64,000 nucleotides of DNA, from positions 1,341,203 through 1,405,202 of the forward strand of contig JAWQFM010000015.1 of NCBI GenBank assembly GCA_033442325.1, given 5' to 3'. Positions 55,284-64,000 of this stretch are shown in pieces (positions within the stretch are counted from its first letter, which is position 1; each line of letters opens with the position of its first letter). This DNA comes from Salpingoeca rosetta. Its lineage: Eukaryota; Protista; Choanoflagellata. A model generated the notes under the pieces. That model did not search any database, was not told the origin of the DNA, and saw only the letters and a program-made list of their open reading frames with translations. Both the position numbers and the translations under genes were made by a program.

Positions 55284-56522
55284 ATGAACGCAGACAATGA
55301 CACGGAAGCCCACAACAACATCGCCCTCGAATCGAGGTGTGTACACGTATGTGTGTGTGTATGTATGTGTGTGTATGTGTGTATGTGTGTATGTGTGTAT
55401 GTGTGTATGTGTGTGTATGTGTGTACATGTATGTGTGTATGTGTGTATGTGTGTGTATGTGTGTACATGTATGTGTGTATGTGTGTACATGTGTGTGTGC
55501 ATGCATGTGGACACTGCCACACTTCCCAACTCCCTTTCAGCATCAGCCCTTTGCGTTTGTGCGTGCTGTACCCTCCACTTCATGCACTCACACCCATCTC
55601 TGTCCTTGTGCGATGAATCACACCCCACCACCTCCTCCATGATGTGCTGTGGATGTGGATGTGTGTGTGTGTGTGTGTGTTATGGATGTGGATGTGGATG
55701 TGGATGCGTGTGGATGTGTGTATGTGTGTGTGTGTGCGTGATCATCATGGCTGTGATAGCGATGAGGATGAGTGCTCCGTGATGCCGCCGCTGGCGATGG
55801 AACCCGGTGACGACTCCATTCTCGACCCTCTCATGCAATTGGTGCGTACCCTTACACAGGATGGGGGAGGGGAGGTTTGCTGAACAGCACAACACGGTTG
55901 TTAGTGTTCAGACGCATGTGCTCCTTGAGCGTGTACCCACAATCTGCTCACACACAACTACCGCACATGGACAACTGACACGCACGCACACACGCGCGCG
56001 CGCACGCATGCTTGTATACGCGCAAACGCACACTTGCATACGCGCACACTTGCATGCGCACAAACACGCACACATGATAGATTGACAATTTGCGGAAGCA
56101 TAGTCCGCGCGGTGGCCCGCCGCCATCGGACCGGCTGACCATTGACACGTGTCGCACCAGCAGCCCACTCATCAGCCTCCTCCTGGAAACACTCCCACCA
56201 AAGTACACGCTCAAGCTCAACCGAGCACCAAAGGCAAAGAAGCAAGGCGGCGACAATGACAACAGCAACAGCAACAGCAATAGCAACGGTGGTGGTGGTG
56301 ATGTGCAGGCGAGCAAGCCGCAGTTCGCGGCCCTGCGCGGTACCATTCTGGCGTACTTTGAGAAGGACTTGCACGTGTTGGAGACTGTACTGCTGTTGCC
56401 ATCGTGGGAGGAGTTTGCATCGGACGCCAGCGCCGTGCAGCGCGTGCTGCTCCTCATCACCGCCATGATTGCCCTCAACCAGCAGAACACGCTCAGGTGC
56501 GTTGTGTGTTTGGGGGGGGGGG

Positions 56523-56620
<98 letters not shown>

Positions 56621-56847
56621 TGGTGGTGTGTGTGTGACTCGCATACACACTCACATAGCACACTCGCATACACACTCGCAAAACACTCGCATACATACTC
56701 ACACAAACACACACTCTCAAAAAAACACNNNNNNNNNNNNNNNNNNNNNNNNNNNNNNNNNNNNNNNNNNNNNNNNNNNNNNNNNNNNNNNNNNNNNNNN
56801 NNNNNNNNNNNNNNNNNNNNNNNNNNNNTGGTGGTGGTGGTGGTGGT

Positions 56848-56879
<32 letters not shown>

Positions 56880-56880
56880 G

Positions 56881-56942
<62 letters not shown>

Positions 56943-58217
56943 ATACAGGAGATCTTGGAACGGCACATGTGAATCCTATGAACACGCTCGCGTACACACT
57001 CACATACACACTCGCATACACACTCGCATACACACTCGCATACACACTCGCATACACACTCGCATACATACTCACACAAACACACACCCTCACAAACACA
57101 CACCCTCACACACTCACACACTCACACACTCACACACATTCAAACTGCCATTACCACAGCCGCAGAAGCCCGCGCCACGGTCGAGCGAGCCCGCGATTGT
57201 GCGCCCGCTCAACACGAACATCCGGGGCAGCCTTGAGTCCATTCTCATGAAGAAGCTCAACATGGGCAGTGACGGCAGCGACGCTGGTGGAAGCGGTGCG
57301 AGGGACAACAAACCTGCGCCCGGAAAGGTGTCGGAGAATGTCAAGTCGAACCTGGCGGCGCTGCTTGGCAACAAGTTCAAGCGGAAATCACGCAAGGCCG
57401 CCGCCAAGCAGGCACCACCAAGTATGTTGTGTCGAGAACAGCGTTGTGTGGCGTTTTGTTTGATCACTGTGAGGTGACACAAACACACAAACACAAACAC
57501 ACACTTCCACTCACACACACTTCCACTCACACACACTTCCACTCACTCACTCACTCACTCACTCACTCACTCACTCACTCACTCACTCACTCACTCACTC
57601 ACTCACTCACTCACTCACTCACTCACTCACTCACTCACTCACTCACTCACTCACTCACTCACTCACTCACTCACTCACTCACTCACTCACTCACTCACTC
57701 ACTCACTCATACTCACTCACACACTCACATACACGCAGCGATGTTTGGGTTCCCGCCACCACCACCTCCCCCGCCACCAATGGTTCCACCCCAAATGAAT
57801 GTGGCGACCGTGAGCATCCCACCACCGCCGCCACCGCCACCTCCGCACGTGCAAGACGGCATGCAGCGACCAGGGATCATGCTGCCAGGGCTTGGACCAA
57901 GCCCACCACCACCCCCATTTTTCCAACACGCACATGCGCATCCACATCCACATGCACATGGCAGTGGCGGTGGTGGCGCGTGTGACAGCCCGCTGTGTCA
58001 GCAGGAGAAGGCGGATCTGAAGCAGCAGGTGGCGGACTTGCAGCACCAGTGCCAGCAGTACCGAGCGAAGACGCTTGAGCAGGCAGCCATCATTCGGCAG
58101 CTGCAGCAGGAGTGGCACAAGCCAAGCAAGACCAACAACAACAACAACAACAACAACAACAGCAACAACAACAACAATGCGAGCCATGGCAACGGGACCA
58201 ATGGCATTGGCATTGGC

Positions 58218-58249
<32 letters not shown>

Positions 58250-58619
58250 GCCGTTTCGGATCGTGGCTGTGACTGGAGGCGAGGATGGCCTCTCGGCGCT
58301 GGACACCACCAACAACAGCAGCCGCCGCAACGACGTGGATGTGATGTACGATGTGCCCAGCGACTCTGAGCAGGATCACGCCAACGACGACGGCATCAGC
58401 AGCAGCAACAGCCACAGCAACGCGGACAGCATGCACGATGATGAGGGTGGGCTTGCGCGAGTGCACTTGCATCGTCAACAGCAGCCACTTCAGGACCACC
58501 ACCACCACCACCACCATGAACAACAACAGCACAGCATACAGGCGCTTGAGGCGGCTGCGTACGACAACGCAAGCTGTGACACGTTCGACACAACGGACGT
58601 GTCAGTGACAGCAGCACGT

Positions 58620-58651
<32 letters not shown>

Positions 58652-59168
58652 GCCTCCAGCACCTGCACCAGCACCGGCGGCGACAAAGGGTGGTGGGTCA
58701 CCAAAGCGGAAGGGGTGGTCTGCGGCGGTGCGCATGCTGCGGGGAAGCAAGCACCAGCACAAGGACACGCCCGCAACTGCACAGGAGCCTGAGAGCAAGG
58801 CTGGCGAGGCGGAACTGGCTGCACGCGAGCACAGGGCTGCTGCTTGCCTGCAGGCATGCGCGCGTGGGTTCCAGGCGCGCGTGGACGTGTTCCTGATGCG
58901 AGCAAAGGCGCACGACCGGCAGCGGGACGTGGAGGCGCTGTTCCGCAGCATTGAGACGAGCTGCGTGCGTGCACGCAAAGGCATGCTGAGCACGAGCCAC
59001 GCAAGTGCCATTTCCCAGCACGAACTGCGCACGCAGCGCGGGGCGCTTGTCCTCATGCACGGACAGCGGCACACGGATGGCCAGCAGCTGGGCCGGGACG
59101 GTACGGCCGAGAGCCAGATGGACGATGTGCAGCAGCAGCAGCAGCACAACAACAACAACAGCAACAGC

Positions 59169-59211
<43 letters not shown>

Positions 59212-59495
59212 GCAACAACAACAACAACACCTGCAGCAGCCATCATGCTGGTGGCAGGCGACAGCAACAGCAACAGAGATACCACCAGCAGAAACAACAG
59301 CAGCAGCCGGCTTTGCCGCCGCGCGTGTACGATCGAGATGAGGCATTGCAGGCGCGCACACAGAACACGGCCGACGCGTGTTTCTGCTGCAAACTGCACA
59401 AGACGTCAAACGAGCGCGGTGCACCGGTTCAGGGGCACGACAGACACCACACCCGTGGCCAGAGGGCGTCTGCTGACATGTACCAAGACCACCAC

Positions 59496-59543
<48 letters not shown>

Positions 59544-59585
59544 AGGCGACGACAGCACCGCAAGTCACACGACCCGCAGCAGCAC

Positions 59586-59644
<59 letters not shown>

Positions 59645-60239
59645 CAGGAGGCGGCGGCCGCGCCACGCGGACACGGATGACGATGATGACGACGAGGGTT
59701 GTGCGGATGCGCGCACGCGTGTGCTTGCCGTGCACGGCCCCGTTGTGCTTGAAGACGTCATGTCGGAGAGCATGGACGGGTGGCGGCGGTGGTTCCACGG
59801 TCGGCCGCACCGGCGCGACCTCAAGCGCATGCTGCGGGAGCGCGGGCACGGGGCGTTTCTCGTGCGCGTGTCTGACTCGCACGGATGCTTTGTGGTGAGC
59901 GTGAACGACTGCAGCAGCATCCGACATTTTCTGCTTGAGAAGGACCGGTGTGGGCGGTACGGCGTTGTCGGGTGGGAGCGCAGGGACGCGCAGCGGTATC
60001 TGAGGCGACCGCTGTTTCACACCATCCAGGAGCTGCTGGTGCACTACATGTCGCACGCCATCTCGCCCACGTGCACGCTGAAGGAGGCTGTGCTGCACGA
60101 CCCAGCGCAGCCACTCAGGCTCAGCAGACATGGTGATGGTGGTGATGGTGGTGATGGTGGTGGTTATGATGAAGGCATGGATGGCCTGTTGCGTCATGCG
60201 ACGGCGGGCGCCTTTGGGCGAATGGGTTCTGCGGTGTGA
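55284..60239 (+). CDS. Adaptor protein: N-terminal helical region, polyproline, coiled coil, IQ motif, C-terminal SH2 domain
   Basis: SH2 at about 59790-60100: [48 protein letters not shown]-like [15 protein letters not shown] at about 58836-58880. Linking the upstream exons (55284, ~55.75k, 56081-56496, 57160-57421) across the gap is inferred. Confidence 0.75.
56729..56828. other. Assembly gap (100 N)
   Basis: Run of N. Confidence 0.99.
57540..57710 (+). repeat. (ACTC)n tetranucleotide microsatellite of about 170 bp near an intron 3' end
   Basis: Near-perfect actc array ending shortly before the acceptor at ~57738. Confidence 0.95.
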
Positions 60240-61529
60240 CGGTTGTGTTGTGTGTGTATGTGATGGTTGTGTTGTGTGTGTATGTGTGTGTGTGTTGTTG
60301 TATTGTGTGTGTGTTGTTGTATTGTGTGTGTGTGTGTTGTATTGTGTGTTGTATTGTGTGTTGTATTGTGTGTGTTGTATTGTGTGTGTGTGTGTGTGTG
60401 TGATGGTTGTGTTGTTGTGTGTGTGTACATGTGTGTTGTATTGTGTGTTGTATTGTGTGTGTGTGTTGTATTGTGTGTTGTATTGTTTTTGTTTTGTGTG
60501 TATGACGACATCAGCCGTGTCGATGCTTGCTTGCGTTACTTTTGTGGGCATGGCGACATTTAGTGTGTGCAGATGCCTGGAGTTGGCGCCTTGTACATGG
60601 TTACTGCGTTGCTGTCGTGACATGCTGTTGTGTGCATGTACGTACTTGAAAACAGTGAACGACAACACATCAAAGGCACTAAAGGCAGGAAGTGTATGAA
60701 CGCCAGCAGTCTTGCGTGGAAGGTGGTATCCTGGCCTCTTCGTTGGGATAGGAGGAAGGAGGAGGAGGTGGTGGAGAACAGACAAGGAGAAGAGAAGAAG
60801 AACACACACCACACACCACACACCACGCCCAAGCCTTGTCGCCTGGTTGTTGCCTTGTCGTGTGTGCATGTGTGTTCTGTGTGTTGGTTGCCTCGTTTGG
60901 GCCTTTGTTCTTGTTTTCTTCTTCTTCTTCTTCTTCTTTTGTCGCGTTGTTATCTTCACCTCGAGGCATGCGCACGTGCCTGCGTTGGACCCTCCCTTTG
61001 CGTTTGGTCGTTACCTTCACCAACCCACGTTGACACCCATTGAACGAACACCACCACCCCATTTCGTTGACGATCAGTTGTTGTCTGTCTGTTCATTGTT
61101 GGGGGCGGTGTAGGAAGGAACAAAACGCAAGCACACGCACGATGGTGGCAGAAGCAAAGCAGAAGCAAAGCAGCACCAGTGGGGGCGGCGTACAAAGACG
61201 CAATCCACGCCATCGTGAGAGCAGCAAAAGAACAGAGAAGAAACAACAGCAACAACAACAACAGCCGCGTGCACGGGAACAAGGTGAAAGGTGAAAGGTG
61301 ATGCGATAGTTGATGGTTCTCACATCACATCACACCACACACCACACCACACACACTCGCGCGCACACAGGGGGAAGGCAACCCAACAAAAGAGGGGGGA
61401 AAAGAAAACAAACACAACACACAAAGTGCGCAGTGCAAACACAACACACAAAGTGCGCAGTGCAAACACAACACAACAACACAACACAAAGTGCGAGCAA
61501 CAACACGCGGGCCCCCTTCGCGCTTGCGC

Positions 61530-62111
61530 TTAGAAGGAGACAAAGTGGTGGCGCAGCGGGACGCTGGTGGCCTCCGACTCGTTGGTGCTGCGGGTGCCGT
61601 TCTCGACGGCGTTGGCCAGGGCAGGCGGACCGCACGTGTAGATGGAGATGGGGAGGGGATCAAACTGGTCGCGCAGGGCGGGCAGGATCTTCTCAAAGTT
61701 GGGCCGCTGGAAGTTGGTGGTGGCGCGCAGGCCCGTGAGCAGCGAGACCTTGCTGCCCTCAATGTGGTTGCGCTCAAACATGAACATGAGCGAGGTGCGG
61801 AGGTCGTAGTCGCGCTTGCCCTGCGTGATGTACACGTCGACGGTAAGCACGTCGTCCGGAATCTCGGCCTGCACCTCGCGGATCAGCTCAACCATCCACT
61901 CGTACTCCTTCTGCGTGCGCGTCACCCAGATAAAGTGGATGTGCCGCAGCGACACGTTCTGGTTGTTGTGGTACCTGTGTGTGTGTGTGTGTGTGTGTGT
62001 GGTGGGTGGGGGGGGGGGGAGAGGAGGGAGGAGGGAGGAGGGAGAGAGAGAGAGAGGGGGAGAGAGGGGGAGAGAGAGAGAGGGAGAGAGGGAGAGAGGG
62101 AGAGAGGGAGA

Positions 62112-62173
<62 letters not shown>

Positions 62174-62799
62174 GAGAGGGAGAGGGAGAGAGAGCAGCGT
62201 GAGTTGGGGTGATGATGACGATGTGAACACGAGCAATCTGACGTGAATACAAGCAATCCAACCAAACACCACCACCACCACCACACACATCACCCCACAG
62301 CAGCAACCAAAACACGCACAACCGCCACACACTCTCTTACCGCCAGGCAAGGTCCTGGAGAATGGAGGCGTACGGGGTGACGCCAATGCCACCACCAACA
62401 AAGACGGCCACGCTCGAGTTGAGCCAGTCCTGGTGAATCTCGCCAAAGGGGCCCTCGAGCTGCACGGTTGGGAGGTCGGCGCCCGTGGACTTGGCCTCGG
62501 CAAAGACCTGGCGAAGTTTGGTGGTCCAAGGGCCTGCGCTGCGAATGTGCACGGAGACAAAGTTCTCCTGTGGGGCCGAGGAGATGGTGAAGGGATGCCA
62601 CTCGTACTTGGAGACGGCCGTGCACTTGAGGCGAAGCCACTGGCCAGACTGCATGGCCTCAAAGCCCGGGGGCTTGTCCATCTGCAGGCACAGGACGCCA
62701 GACGGGAGCAGCAGCGCTTCCTGCACGTTCAGGTCGTGGTGCGACCGAGACAGCGAAATCAGCTTGTCAATGGCGAGCAGGACAAGCGGCCCCGTAGCG
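61530..62799 (-). CDS. DUOX-like: Dual oxidase (DUOX)-like NADPH oxidase, last two exons (FAD- and NADPH-binding domains)
   Basis: Exons 62799-62341 and 61974-61530 encode DKLISLSR..LLPSGV..SGQW.R..EWHPFTISSAP..SVHIR..GPWTTKLR, LEGPFGEIHQDW, VGGGIGVTPYASIL.DL, FIWVTRTQKEYEW, DLRTSL..ER..SLLTGLRATT.F.RP, CGPP, and the C-terminus HHFVSF*. FIWVTRTQ, DLRT and GPFGE.HQ.W are DUOX-type rather than NOX1-4-type. Confidence 0.85.
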
Positions 62800-62981
62800 C
62801 TGCATGGGGGAAAGGCAGGAGAGGAGAGGGCATGACGGGTGAGCGAGCTGGAAGGTGCTGGGCACGACACGACACGACAGGGCAGGCACCACCCCAAAAA
62901 CCAAACGCACACGCCAGCCATCCCAAGAAAACTAAACGCCCACAAGTACGCTCAGCAGAAAGTTGTTTCAAGATATGGAGT

Positions 62982-63054
<73 letters not shown>

Positions 63055-63165
63055 CAATGAGACAAAGCAATACACCCACACACAGAGGAAGGCAAAGAGA
63101 GACAGACACACACACGCACTCAGAGAGACGGGACACACACAGGCTGGTACAAAACGACATGGAGA

Positions 63166-63265
63166 NNNNNNNNNNNNNNNNNNNNNNNNNNNNNNNNNNN
63201 NNNNNNNNNNNNNNNNNNNNNNNNNNNNNNNNNNNNNNNNNNNNNNNNNNNNNNNNNNNNNNNNN
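63166..63265. other. Assembly gap (100 N)
   Basis: Run of N. Confidence 0.99.
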
Positions 63266-63547
63266 TTCTCAAGTTGGGCCGCTGGAAGTTGGTGGTGGCG
63301 CGCAGGCCCGTGAGCAGCGAGACCTTGCTGCCCTCAATGTGGTTGCGCTCAAACATGAACATGAGCGAGGTGCGGAGGTCGTAGTCGCGCTTGCCCTGCG
63401 TGATGTACACGTCGACGGTAAGCACGTCGTCCGGAATCTCGGCCTGCACCTCGCGGATCAGCTCAACCATCCACTCGTACTCCTTCTGCGTGCGCGTCAC
63501 CCAGATAAAGTGGATGTGCCGCAGCGACACGTTCTGGTTGTTGTGGT

Positions 63548-63584
<37 letters not shown>

Positions 63585-63683
63585 GGGGGGGGAGAGAGAG
63601 GGAGAGGGAGAGGGAGAGAGAGAGAGAGGGGGAGAGAGGGGGAGAGAGAGAGAGGGAGAGAGGGAGAGAGGGAGAGAGGGAGA

Positions 63684-63745
<62 letters not shown>

Positions 63746-64000
63746 GAGAGGGAGAGGGAGAGAGAGCAGCGTGAGTTGGGGTGATGATGACGATGTGAAC
63801 ACGAGCAATCTGACGTGAATACAAGCAATCCAACCAAACACCACCACCACCACCACACACATCACCCCACAGCAGCAACCAAAACACGCACAACCGCCAC
63901 ACACTCTCTTACCGCCAGGGAAGGTCCTGGAGAATGGAGGCGTACGGGGTGACGCCCATGCCACCACCCAACAAAAGACAGCCACGCTCGAGTTTGAGCC
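63266..64000 (-). repeat. Near-identical second copy of 61690-62425 (DUOX 3' exons plus intron)
   Basis: Exon and intron sequence are repeated. The differences are mostly homopolymer or microsatellite lengths and cluster at the ends (ttctcaag vs ttctcaaag; acaaaagacagcc vs acaaagacggcc; agtttgagcc vs agttgagcc). Confidence 0.9.

Noticed and set aside
54091-55287. 398-aa plus-strand ORF
   Set aside because: It spans the TMEM258 first intron and promoter plus repeats, with low-complexity content and no domain; a short upstream exon of the SH2 gene near 54520-54641 cannot be excluded.

Overview
Eukaryotic, GC-rich, intron-rich DNA in which most introns are filled with (GT)n/(CA)n microsatellites. 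Composition and gene content (SH2 adaptor, DUOX-type oxidase, GREB1-like gene, WD40-TRP channel, bacterial-type Tdh) point to a unicellular holozoan, most likely a choanoflagellate such as Salpingoeca rosetta (inference). I assembled 13 tightly packed protein-coding genes by eye from GT-AG exons. In order: a catalytically degenerate, intron-containing piggyBac transposase derivative; COP9 subunit CSN4; a bacterial-type Zn-dependent threonine dehydrogenase with an added mitochondrial presequence; a GREB1-like protein; a large WD40-repeat TRP-type channel; a multi-MIU (CCDC50-like) protein; a CAMK-group (HUNK/MARK-like) kinase; a sulfotransferase-fold protein with degenerate PAPS motifs; an intronless secreted 7-repeat beta-propeller protein; a RUN-LIR-C1-Rubicon-homology protein; NDUFB8; TMEM258/OST5; and an IQ+SH2 adaptor. 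The window also holds the 3' end of a DUOX-like NADPH oxidase, whose last exons recur after a gap, probably as an assembly artefact. The strongest candidate for new biology is the GREB1-like gene. It combines an apparently intact circularly permuted SF2 helicase (DEAH, TAT and QxxGRxxR precede the Walker A GKT) with an intact base-J/TAGT-type glycosyltransferase, in a lineage that lacks nuclear receptors. There are three N gaps. No rRNA, tRNA or CRISPR array was recognised. All homology calls come from recalled family motifs, not from database searches.
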